Origin: an uncultured Dehalococcoidales bacterium | GTDB lineage: Bacteria; Chloroflexota; Dehalococcoidia; GIF9; UBA5629 | Direction of reading: 5' to 3' | DNA length: 64,000 nt | NCBI GenBank assembly: GCA_964400675.1 | Contig: CAYNVO010000003.1 | Location: 42,576-106,575, forward strand | In this document: piece after piece, positions 1 to 8,630 of the stretch | How positions within the stretch are numbered: the stretch's first letter is position 1 | Layout of the letters: the number at the start of each line of letters is the position of its first letter | The notes under the pieces: generated by a model | What the model saw: the letters and a program-made list of their open reading frames with translations, nothing else | Database searches by the model: none | Told to the model about the DNA's origin: nothing | Made by a program: the position numbers and the translations under genes

Positions 1-2019
1 GAAATTTAGCCCCGGTGCTCCCATGGCTGTCCAGCCGAAGTTTGAGTCTGTGACCCAGTTATAAATGTCGCTTCCAGCGCTGTCGCTGGCAGCATAGATT
101 ATTAGGGCATCCCGGAATCGGTAATCGGCGATTATATGCATCTGTCCAGGCGCCGGGATAGAAGTGGTTCGCTGGAACGAAACGCCGCCATCCAGTGAGT
201 ATGCCACCATGCCTTCAGCGGCATCGCCGACTACAACAGCGCCTGTTGGTGTAGCGGTGATGCTATGTCCGGTGTTTAAAGTTGTGGCTGCGCTTGGTGA
301 CCATTGCCATGTCTGGACGTTGCTGACCCCGTGGCGGACGTAATTGTTATCCAGGACATAAATGTGAGACACATCATTAATTCCGGTGACGACAAAATCG
401 GCTACATTAGCCCCCGGCAGAATGCTATCCCAGGTCTGACCTCCATCCAGAGATTGCCTTAAATCACTTGTTAATCGCGAGGCGAAGTATATAGTCGGGT
501 CATTACCGAAGTTGCTGGTGCGCATTATCAGGTCGTTACTTGTTGACAGTAGACACAGTACCCGTTCCCATATCTGTCCTGTAGGCGATCCTGTTGTCTG
601 CCAGATGCTGTCGAAGTTGTTTATCCCGCCGCGGTTATTGATAGATGCCAGGTATATGACATCTGAAGTCGGAGTAATTGCCACATCGGAGAGAAAACTT
701 ATCTCGGTGTCTATCAGGCTGAGCTGATTCCATGTTCTGCCGTTATCAGGGCTTAGAGATAATGCCGATTCATCCAGTGGAGTGCCGGTCAAATAAGCGC
801 CGGGCCAGCTTGCCGGATTATTGAGTGGGGCAGAACTGGTGGCGCAGTATGCCCGGCTGCCGTCAGGGCTCCAGATTACCTGGGCATTGGCAAAACCTGA
901 GTTACCGCCTCCAGTCGGCGCCTTTTGAGCTTGATACCAGCAGGTTCCCGGGCAGCTAGCAGTAGCGTCAGTGAACCATGTTACCCCTGCGGCTGTAGTG
1001 GCATTGCCGCGAACTTCGCCAGCCAGCAGCTTGCCAGAAGCATAGTTACCGTAATAGGCAATGCTGGAAATTCTCAAAGGTGCCGGAGTCGGCATCAGTA
1101 GATAGCCGACGGTGTTGTCGAAGCGGTAGATACCGGCATTTGCTGTCGGTGCATCCAGGCTGACATACATGCGGCGCAGGCTCGGAGCCTGTCCTGAGAA
1201 GTCGGCGGGCAGTTCTAGGTCAGCAGTTATGACTTGAGCTACGTTGGGAGAGGTGCCAGCACCTGCGGTGGTAACCTCCACCGGACCCCAGGCGCCCCAG
1301 TTGGTGGTGTTAGCTGCTATGTCGTGAGTACCAAGATTGATGTAGGTGCCGGCGACATGGGTTGAGACAGTCACCAGGCTGGAATCGGCTCGATAATTTG
1401 GGGAAAATTTCGCCGCCAGTGTATCGCCGCTGAATCCCTGAGATGCCCAACTGCCGATGCCAACCGCCTTGAAAACATAGATGTCTCCGCCACCAGCTCC
1501 GGTTCGTGTGCCGATGGCTATGTCATAGCTGCCATAATTCGGCGAGATGGCAATGGCACTTATACTACTGGCTGCGGGGCAGTTGGTGTTCTGCCAGTTA
1601 GCGCCGCCATTGGTTGATATGAATACCCCGCCGGGCAAGCCCCCATTGCTGGTGACCACCGCTACGAAGTTCGGGTTATCCGGCGCCATTGCCACGTTCC
1701 ATGCGGGCAGGGTGGCGCCAACATTTGCCAGATGGCTGGACAGGTCATCCCAGGTAACGCCTGAATTCAATGACCTGTAGATTTTGCTGTTAGAAATATC
1801 TATCGCATAGAAGGTTCTGCCATCAACGCCGACTGCGATGTCGTTTATCTCAGATGGACTGACGATAACGTTACCTGTGCTGCTTGGAGTGCCTACAACG
1901 CTCCATTTCATCGTCCCGGCGTTAGCTAAAGGTGGTTTGGCTGGTATTATGAGGCAGATGATTATAGCTAATGCCAGACCAAGTCCGAGCCTCAGGATAT
2001 TAAAAGTGGGATTTTTCAT
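1..2019 (-). CDS. BNR/Asp-box repeat beta-propeller protein, secreted or membrane-anchored. Partial: N-terminus at 2019, C-terminus beyond the window start.
   Basis: Own minus-strand translation from ATG (revcomp of 2017-2019) gives MKNPTFNILRLGLGLALAIIICLIIPAKPPLANA (signal/anchor), then repeated S-x-D-x-G-x-T-W Asp-box motifs (SLNSGVTWD, STNGGANWQ, SPDNGRTWN, SLDGGQTWD). The frame stays open to position 1. Absent from the ORF track because no stop lies inside the window. An AGGA RBS sits upstream. Confidence 0.6.
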   Translation of the reverse strand, partial: MKNPTFNILRLGLGLALAIIICLIIPAKPPLANAGTMKWSVVGTPSSTGNVIVSPSEINDIAVGVDGRTFYAIDISNSKIYRSLNSGVTWDDLSSHLANVGATLPAWNVAMAPDNPNFVAVVTSNGGLPGGVFISTNGGANWQNTNCPAASSISAIAISPNYGSYDIAIGTRTGAGGGDIYVFKAVGIGSWASQGFSGDTLAAKFSPNYRADSSLVTVSTHVAGTYINLGTHDIAANTTNWGAWGPVEVTTAGAGTSPNVAQVITADLELPADFSGQAPSLRRMYVSLDAPTANAGIYRFDNTVGYLLMPTPAPLRISSIAYYGNYASGKLLAGEVRGNATTAAGVTWFTDATASCPGTCWYQAQKAPTGGGNSGFANAQVIWSPDGSRAYCATSSAPLNNPASWPGAYLTGTPLDESALSLSPDNGRTWNQLSLIDTEISFLSDVAITPTSDVIYLASINNRGGINNFDSIWQTTGSPTGQIWERVLCLLSTSNDLIMRTSNFGNDPTIYFASRLTSDLRQSLDGGQTWDSILPGANVADFVVTGINDVSHIYVLDNNYVRHGVSNVQTWQWSPSAATTLNTGHSITATPTGAVVVGDAAEGMVAYSLDGGVSFQRTTSIPAPGQMHIIADYRFRDALIIYAASDSAGSDIYNWVTDSNFGWTAMGAPGLNF

Positions 2020-2150
2020 CGACTTTTTCCTGTTATTAGCAGATATTAGCCTCCTGTCGTTCTGGGGGAGCTAAACGACCGAAGAATAACACAGTTTTGC
2101 TATTACTCTAAATTTCCTCTTCGAGTGAGTAGGGGTCTATTTGCGGTTTC

Positions 2151-4322
2151 TCATGACATGGTTTCGTGGGGTAGCTTGTCGGGGGGAACAATCTCTGTGT
2201 CTGTCACCTCAATTAGCGGCATGCCATCAGTATAGTGAGGTGCAGGTGGTGTGAATTCCTGACCGGGCGCATAGGTGCTTTCTTCAGTTATCGTGTTAAT
2301 CAGGCTGTATACTATTTCTACGCTGCCTTCGTGAGGTTCTTTGTGCTTGCGTGGCAGCCAGCAGTTGAGTATTTCCCACTCCTGGTATATATATCGTCTC
2401 CAGGTGATAGCCAGACCGGTCATACCTTCGGTTGCCTTTTTGCCACTGGCTGGTGGAGTTATAGTCCTGGTTTCTAGCTGTTTCCACTGACTGGATACTA
2501 TTCTCAATGGCTTTTTCGCGGTAAAGTTACATGTTGTGGGTGCCTCTTCACTTGCGGCTTCTGCCTCCTCTACTTCCTCTGCAGTTGGTGGTGTTGGTGC
2601 TTTTAGCTGTCTATCCTCTTTAACGGTTTTAGCTTGAGGCAACGCTGTACCTGATGGTGTGGACTTTATCTCTTCTTCATACATCTGTAGAAGCTCACCG
2701 AACTTTTCCATGAGCTGCTCTCTGGTTGTCGCCGGTCCCAGTTTTGGCTTGTCTCCGCCTATCATAACCACTGTGGTTTGAGGTGGTGGTATGGGTTGGG
2801 GAGGTGGAGGGGGCATGTATGGATAGTAAGGTGGAGGTGGCGGTGCTGGTTTTGGTTGCAGGCTGCGCAGCAAGAGGTATAAGCCGTAGCCGCCCAGTAT
2901 AAGCAGGATAATTGTTGCCGGTATCATGACGAACGGCATAGTGTAGTCGGGTTCCCAGTCTATAGTTATTGTCTTGGGGGCATCCATGGGCGTAGAGCCG
3001 CTGGATTTAACGGCGTTTAACTTGCCGCCGAAGACGCCGATAATTCCAGACATACGAACCTGCGCATCTGTCATGCTCCATTCGGCTGTGCTGCCAGACT
3101 TGTACCAATCACTGCCCTCTGCTTCACCGTAAGGTGATGTCAGGGTCAGTCTGTAATAGGTGTCATAGTAAGCAGTACAGGTTCCGGCTGCATTAACGGT
3201 CAGGCTTAGCTCTCTACCGGGAACTGTCTCGCCCGTAGGTAGTTTCCAGTAAGCGAAGCGGTACTGCGTGCCCTGGGCGTCGGGGTCATTAACCTGGTCA
3301 GGGGCAAGATTTTTCAAGACATAGCCTTCCTTATACCAGCCTGCGCCTGATATTTGACCAATTTTAGAAGGCTCCGTTTTGAGCTCGATAGAATACTCGG
3401 TGTAATAGGGAAATATGGCATCATATGAATACTCGGTAACTGTTATTTTATCTACCTCAGCTTTGAACCTGATACCGGAATCGGTCGGATGCTGCACAGT
3501 AGGGTCGACGCTTATAGTTCTTACCGCACCTAAATCGAGGCTGATTTTTGTGGACTCACCGCCTCGCAGCGTGACCGTGGGGGTTGCTCCTACGTATACT
3601 TTCGTCTGGCCGACTTTAAGTCCGTTGCCGATGGTAACTGTAGCCTCATAGCCTCCCTTTTCCACTATGATACTAAAGCTCTGTTGCCCCGTTATAGCTG
3701 GGGTTGAGCTATCTTTGGCTTCAACTACAAAACTATAGCTGCCGGCACTGCCTTTGGCTGGAATACCTGAGATGTAGCCTACGCTTGCATTTAGCATTAG
3801 TCCTGTAGGTAATGTACCGCTCATTATTGACCAGGTGTATGGTGATGTTCCGCCGCTGACACCTATCGTAGCGTTATAGCTCTCACCCTCCTTTGCCTGT
3901 GCCAGAGTTGTTGTAATGAATGTGAGTGGAGGTTGGATAATGGTGAGAACAAATGCTCGCGTGTCAGTGGCTAATGTTCCATCGGTAACCCGGGCGGTAA
4001 AATTGAAGGTGCCGGCTATTGCTGGTGTACCTGAAACAGTACCTGTGGCATCGAGACCTAACCCTGTCGGTAAACCTCCAGTTATAATAGTCCATGCGTA
4101 AGGTGGAGTACCTCCCACAGCTTGCAGCGACGTATAGTAAGCGCCTCCCATCTGACCTTGTGGTAGAAGTGGTGAGGTGGTGATAACAGGTTGTGCTAGA
4201 ACAGGGCTCGCAATCAGGGATGCGAAACCTAGAAGTACAAGCATGCAAACCAGGGTCAGGCAAATCCCTCGACCGATGGCTAATTTCATGGTAGGGCGTT
4301 CATTCCGGCGGATGGATTTCAT
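2151..4322 (-). CDS. Type-I membrane surface protein. Signal peptide, tandem putative Ig-like domains, one TM helix, proline-rich cytoplasmic tail of about 230 aa.
   Basis: 723 aa. N-terminal hydrophobic signal (LTLVCMLVLLGFASLIASPVLAQP). Repeated 'GGTPPYxWxxxxGxLPxGLxLxxxG' Ig-like units. TM segment PFVMIPATIILLILGGYGLYLLL. PKPAPPPPPYYPYMPPPPPQPIPPP tract. Confidence 0.6.
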   Translation of the reverse strand: MKSIRRNERPTMKLAIGRGICLTLVCMLVLLGFASLIASPVLAQPVITTSPLLPQGQMGGAYYTSLQAVGGTPPYAWTIITGGLPTGLGLDATGTVSGTPAIAGTFNFTARVTDGTLATDTRAFVLTIIQPPLTFITTTLAQAKEGESYNATIGVSGGTSPYTWSIMSGTLPTGLMLNASVGYISGIPAKGSAGSYSFVVEAKDSSTPAITGQQSFSIIVEKGGYEATVTIGNGLKVGQTKVYVGATPTVTLRGGESTKISLDLGAVRTISVDPTVQHPTDSGIRFKAEVDKITVTEYSYDAIFPYYTEYSIELKTEPSKIGQISGAGWYKEGYVLKNLAPDQVNDPDAQGTQYRFAYWKLPTGETVPGRELSLTVNAAGTCTAYYDTYYRLTLTSPYGEAEGSDWYKSGSTAEWSMTDAQVRMSGIIGVFGGKLNAVKSSGSTPMDAPKTITIDWEPDYTMPFVMIPATIILLILGGYGLYLLLRSLQPKPAPPPPPYYPYMPPPPPQPIPPPQTTVVMIGGDKPKLGPATTREQLMEKFGELLQMYEEEIKSTPSGTALPQAKTVKEDRQLKAPTPPTAEEVEEAEAASEEAPTTCNFTAKKPLRIVSSQWKQLETRTITPPASGKKATEGMTGLAITWRRYIYQEWEILNCWLPRKHKEPHEGSVEIVYSLINTITEESTYAPGQEFTPPAPHYTDGMPLIEVTDTEIVPPDKLPHETMS

Positions 4323-4376
4323 CTGTTACATCTATTATAGTCGCCAAATCACCTTTTGTCGACATCAAACGAGAGC

Positions 4377-4964
4377 TTATTCGCTATTCGGAGTGCCCTG
4401 CTTCTGAACCTCTGGAATCACTCTCCTGCGATAGGTATAACGTTTCTGTGTCCACACGCCACTGAAAAAGCTCCGGTTTAGCAGATATCGGTTATCGGCT
4501 ACATTTAAGAGGTCCTTGGATGCCCCGCCTTCAAAGTAGGCCACCTCGACATGCTTACCCATGTTCTTTACAGCTTGAAGGGCATAGGCAAAATCAGAAT
4601 CACCGCTGACGAGGACTGCCACATCATAGAAGTCGTTCCAGGCAAAATATAGCAGGTCTGTAGCCAGCATAATATCTATGCCTTTCTCAACAGGGACACC
4701 CTGTGCCACCTTGGTGCCCCCCAATCTGATCTCCAGATATGGCGTCTTGCGCAGGTTATCGAGGAACTCCTGTTGGTCTCGATAGCTGTCGGGCCTTTGA
4801 GCCGGGTCCTGTAAGACATTGTAGTAATATGTTCGGAACAAGCGCCTGGAGCCACATAGCTTGCTGGCGAACTCAGCAAAGTTGAGGTTGTGGCGTCCGA
4901 AGTTACTGCGTAGACCGTGATATAGATTGCTTCCGTCTATGAATATTGCGACTCTATCATCCAT
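4377..4964 (-). CDS. NYN/LabA-like (PIN-like) domain protein, putative RNase.
   Basis: VAIFIDGSNLYHGL, KGIDIMLATD and VLVSGDSDF motifs, characteristic of the PF01936 NYN family. Confidence 0.75.
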   Translation of the reverse strand: MDDRVAIFIDGSNLYHGLRSNFGRHNLNFAEFASKLCGSRRLFRTYYYNVLQDPAQRPDSYRDQQEFLDNLRKTPYLEIRLGGTKVAQGVPVEKGIDIMLATDLLYFAWNDFYDVAVLVSGDSDFAYALQAVKNMGKHVEVAYFEGGASKDLLNVADNRYLLNRSFFSGVWTQKRYTYRRRVIPEVQKQGTPNSE

Positions 4965-5170
4965 GACATTCCCCCTCTAGGCCTGTTAGTAGCCTTTGAT
5001 GGTTGACATTATACCATCGTCTATGGCAGACGTATATATTAACATTCAGCTGATTGTATAGGCTCTTCATTTATCCGCACGGCGATTAGCGTGCTGCTTA
5101 TGATTGACAGGTATCTGTACGCCGTGCTATTCTGCCTTCTCGTAACAGGCAGGAAGGAGCGTCTACGTTT

Positions 5171-5782
5171 ATGAAGTCGAAGCGAGTAGGTAAAAGGACA
5201 CCGGAACAGGAATTGAGGTTGGACCTCAATGTACCAAACGTTGTGACTGCGGTGCGTGTGGTGATGGCGTGTGTTATTTTCTGGCTCTTGTGGCAGGGAG
5301 AGTTCCTGGCGGCAGGTATTTTAATTCTTATTGCTGCGGCTACCGACGGACTGGACGGCTTGCTGGCTCGCAGACTCGGGCAGTCAAGCCTGGGTGGGTC
5401 TATTTTCGACATGGTGGCTGACGAGATACTATTTATGCCCAGCCTGATTCTAGCCATAGTAGTGGGGTTGTTCGCAAGGACAGACCACCTGATGCCTTTC
5501 AATCCCTATCCATACGCGGTACTGGCTCTTGCCGGAGGAGTTGCGGTGTTTGCAGGCATAGGCACATTTCTATGGAAACGTCGGAGTCGCAACATAGAGT
5601 TTCCTACTCCCACAGGTGTGGCTAAGGTCAACTTCTGGTTCTGGCTGGCGCCGCTGGTGGTAGCCGTTTTTGGAATTGGCCCTGACTGGTTGCTTGCCAC
5701 GCTGATGTATATGGCGATTGTCTCCACCATTCTAACATTCTATTCCTATCTCAAGAAGGGCGGCTACGTTTTCACTGACTGA
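5171..5782 (+). CDS. CDP-alcohol phosphatidyltransferase family protein.
   Basis: DGLDGLLARRLGQSSLGGSIFDMVAD matches the D-G-x2-A-R-x8-G-x3-D-x3-D signature. Multiple TM segments. Confidence 0.7.
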   Translation: MKSKRVGKRTPEQELRLDLNVPNVVTAVRVVMACVIFWLLWQGEFLAAGILILIAAATDGLDGLLARRLGQSSLGGSIFDMVADEILFMPSLILAIVVGLFARTDHLMPFNPYPYAVLALAGGVAVFAGIGTFLWKRRSRNIEFPTPTGVAKVNFWFWLAPLVVAVFGIGPDWLLATLMYMAIVSTILTFYSYLKKGGYVFTD

Positions 5783-5844
5783 CTTTGTATCCGGTCTCGC
5801 TCGACAGATTCATGCCTGACGTGGTGTAAGATACGGAGAGTAAG

Positions 5845-6210
5845 GTGATATACGAGCATTTCCGGCAGCCTGTAATTCCCAGAGCTGCATTTTTTCTCCG
5901 CGTTGGCTGGCATGTTTTTATCGCTCTGGGTATTGTCATCGTTTCGCTGGGGATTGGCATTGTCGGCTACCATGAGTTAGAAGGCTTATCCTGGATTGAT
6001 TCTACGGTTAATGCCGCCATGATTCTCGGTGGCATGGGGCCCCTGAATCAGCTACAAACCGATGCCGGCAAGCTGTTTGCCTCATTCTATGCGCTGTTTT
6101 CCGGAATAATCTTTCTTGTTGCCATTGCCATCCTGCTTGCCCCGGTCGTGCACCGGTTCCTCCATAGATTTCATTTCGATTTCGACTCTGAGAGTTCAAC
6201 CGGGGACTGA
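5845..6210 (+). CDS. Small two-TM membrane protein, possibly pore-loop channel-like.
   Basis: Two hydrophobic helices flank 'YHELEGLSWIDSTVNAAMILGGMGP', which resembles a channel pore-loop. No confident family call. Confidence 0.35.
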   Translation: MIYEHFRQPVIPRAAFFLRVGWHVFIALGIVIVSLGIGIVGYHELEGLSWIDSTVNAAMILGGMGPLNQLQTDAGKLFASFYALFSGIIFLVAIAILLAPVVHRFLHRFHFDFDSESSTGD

Positions 6211-6229
6211 TTCACTCCGGAATTGCACT
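6207..6229. repeat. 23-bp direct repeat, copy 1 (CTGATTCACTCCGGAATTGCACT).
   Basis: 20 of 23 identical to 7301..7323. Both copies lie immediately 3' of a stop codon and bracket the adh gene. Confidence 0.6.
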
Positions 6230-6263
6230 TCACAATTTGATGATGTATAGGAGGTAAAGGAAT

Positions 6264-7295
6264 ATGCGTACAGTTATATTAGCCGATGGCAAACTGGTTA
6301 TAAAAGACGTACCTAAACCTTCCCCCGGGCACGAAGAAGTCCTAGTCAAGATTACCACTGCAGGTGTTTGCCACTCGGATTTACATCTGGTTAAGGGAGA
6401 TTGGCCTGCCTTTGTCCGACCATTCCCAATTCCGATGGGTCATGAAGGCATAGGAATAGTCGAGGAGCTGGGTCCTGGAGCGGAGAAATATATACAGAAA
6501 GGCGATAGGGTTATATTGGGTCTCGGTGGCTCAGGCGGAGGATACTGGTGTGGCGCTTGTGAATATTGCCTTAGTGGCAGACCCAGGCTCTGCAAGCAGG
6601 CTAAGGGCATTATCGGTGCCTATGCCGATTACATTTCGGTCTGGGCGAAGTCATTAGTAAAGCTGCCTGAGGAAATAAGCGACAGGGAGGTTCCACTGGC
6701 ATGCGGAGGATTAACAGCCTATAGCGCCGTCAAAAAGCTTATCAAATTCGATGTTGTACCAGGCAAGCCGGTAGCCATTATTGGCGCGGCGGGTGGGCTT
6801 GGGCACTATGGAGTGCAGGTAGCCAGGGCGTTCGGGTATAAAGTAGTCGGAGTTGATGTGGGCAAAGAAAAAATAGAGTTTGTGAAGAATCTGGGTGCTG
6901 ATTATGCCGTGGATGTAAGCGAAGCAGTCGAATTCGTCAAGGAGAAGTTTGGTGGCGTGTACGCCAGCATCGTATTTTCACCCAAAATAGCCGGCTTTGA
7001 GCTTGGATTAAAGTTGTTGAAACGTGGAGGAGTATTCGTGGGCGTAGGAATGCCCGCGGTGAGCGAAGGAACAATATCGATGACTCCGGTGGAGCTGTTA
7101 GCCAGGGACCTGCTCATAATGGCGTCGGCGGTGGGTACAGTGGAGGAAATGAGAGAATTGGTTCAACTGGCAGCCGATGGAAAAGTCAAAACTCACGTAA
7201 GTAGAGTTGCCGGCTTATCGGAAATCAGCCAGGTACTTGAGGAGCTGGAGGAAGGAAAGTACGCCGGCAGAGCCATTATTGATATGACGAAATAG
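6264..7295 (+). CDS. Zinc-dependent alcohol dehydrogenase (MDR family).
   Basis: GVCHSDLHLVKGDW, GHEGIGIV, structural-Zn motif CGACEYCLSGRPRLC, Rossmann motif AIIGAAGGLG. Confidence 0.85.
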   Translation: MRTVILADGKLVIKDVPKPSPGHEEVLVKITTAGVCHSDLHLVKGDWPAFVRPFPIPMGHEGIGIVEELGPGAEKYIQKGDRVILGLGGSGGGYWCGACEYCLSGRPRLCKQAKGIIGAYADYISVWAKSLVKLPEEISDREVPLACGGLTAYSAVKKLIKFDVVPGKPVAIIGAAGGLGHYGVQVARAFGYKVVGVDVGKEKIEFVKNLGADYAVDVSEAVEFVKEKFGGVYASIVFSPKIAGFELGLKLLKRGGVFVGVGMPAVSEGTISMTPVELLARDLLIMASAVGTVEEMRELVQLAADGKVKTHVSRVAGLSEISQVLEELEEGKYAGRAIIDMTK

Positions 7296-7300
7296 AGGAG

Positions 7301-7323
7301 CTGATTCAGCCCGGAACTGCACT
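7301..7323. repeat. 23-bp direct repeat, copy 2 (CTGATTCAGCCCGGAACTGCACT).
   Basis: See copy 1. Lies between the convergent adh and SIR2-like genes. Confidence 0.6.
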
Positions 7324-7328
7324 AAACG

Positions 7329-8399
7329 TCATGTAGTGTGATTATTCAAGTAACACTGAAAGCCATCCAAATGGATGTCAATTTCCTGCTTCAGCATTGG
7401 AAATAGTCGTTTACATTTCATTATGATGGCTCTTCGCTTGATGTCTTCATTTTTTTTACGGCCGTAACAGTCAACAACCTGCAATTTGGTGTGCATCCCC
7501 AGTGAACGGGAAAATAAATTCACCACCTTGCGATCATATTCTGGAAACGAATAACCGATTACTGTGACTATGTTCGCTGTTTTCAATTCCTTCTCTGCTG
7601 AAGACCAAAGAGGCTGAATCATCTTGGGGTATGGTTCATACGGAATAATTATGAAAGGTTGGACAGATTCGCCACAATTTTCAGAACACCTCTTATTATC
7701 GAAAAAATTCTTGAACATGAAAGGATAATACAGATGTAGATGATTACAGGAAGGACAAATCCCCCAATCGATAGACCCGTTAAGTTTGATAAGTTTTATG
7801 GGGTTGTTTTGTGCATAGAATTTTTTACGCTTATCGTCAATCCAATCAAATTTAAGCAAATAATCAAAGTAGACATTTGCATCAAAGTCTTCGTGTAAAA
7901 GAACGTCGAAATTGAAAGAAAGTATTGCAACTTGGCCTGGGTGATTGCTCTTCAAAACTCTGTCTATGAATCTCTTGTATAGAAGGTTTTCATGGCCAAT
8001 GCTGGACTCTGCTAAGTGCTCAAAAATTAACCTTCTAACGAGTTCTACCCCCTTGATATCTCCATTTTGTTGTAACATCATCAGGATTTCATCAACGTAA
8101 CGCCTTTTGTTCCGTAGCCTTTTATTCAGTATGCCACGTGTATCGAAAACCATATCGCCTCTCTCATCCCATTCTTTAAGAAGAAATTCGTATTCTGGAT
8201 AAATTGATGCAGCTAATTTAAGGAATTCACGATAATTGGAGAATCTTTCATTCTCCTCTTGAAGATCTGGACTCCCATTGTCATTATATGGAAGAAGTCG
8301 CCCACAATCCAACGGATAGTTCCAGACTAAGTCCCTTCCTAGTGGGGTATTGGCAGATGCTGCAGATGCTCCGGCCCCAAAAACATATACATGTTTCAT
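7329..8399 (-). CDS. SIR2-like (sirtuin / SIR2_2 DHS-like NAD-binding) domain protein.
   Basis: N-terminal VYVFGAGASAASANTPLGRDL resembles the sirtuin GAGIS..G.P.FR loop. SFNFDVLLHE resembles the (T)TNxDxLxE motif. IKLIKLNGSIDW resembles the SIR2_2 'KLHGSxxW' motif but has Asn where the catalytic His is expected. Cx2C...Cx2C Zn-ribbon (CPSC...CSENC). VIGYSF near the C-terminus. Confidence 0.55.
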   Translation of the reverse strand: MKHVYVFGAGASAASANTPLGRDLVWNYPLDCGRLLPYNDNGSPDLQEENERFSNYREFLKLAASIYPEYEFLLKEWDERGDMVFDTRGILNKRLRNKRRYVDEILMMLQQNGDIKGVELVRRLIFEHLAESSIGHENLLYKRFIDRVLKSNHPGQVAILSFNFDVLLHEDFDANVYFDYLLKFDWIDDKRKKFYAQNNPIKLIKLNGSIDWGICPSCNHLHLYYPFMFKNFFDNKRCSENCGESVQPFIIIPYEPYPKMIQPLWSSAEKELKTANIVTVIGYSFPEYDRKVVNLFSRSLGMHTKLQVVDCYGRKKNEDIKRRAIIMKCKRLFPMLKQEIDIHLDGFQCYLNNHTT

Positions 8400-8630
8400 T
8401 TTACTTCATGCCACCTCCCCCTTTTTAATGCTTGCCAATTAACCCAAGCGAGGTTATTTTTTCTTAGCATTTCCACACTTTTAGGTAATACTTCGTTGTT
8501 GAAGACAAGCCTACTATTCACAGCAATGATTTTATACTCCTATTAGCCTTAAGGCAATTTGCGACACAAGCTGCATCTGCACAATCAAGCCAAAAAGTAA
8601 ACTCGGGTTTTACTGGTATTTCGTCCGTTT

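Noticed and set aside
5098-5502. 134-aa minus-strand ORF overlapping the CDP-alcohol phosphatidyltransferase gene
   Set aside because: It is antisense to a well-supported membrane enzyme gene and its composition is Ser/Arg-rich and low-complexity. Likely a shadow ORF. The same reasoning applies to the many 60-160 aa antisense ORFs inside the cob, fhs and glycosyltransferase genes.
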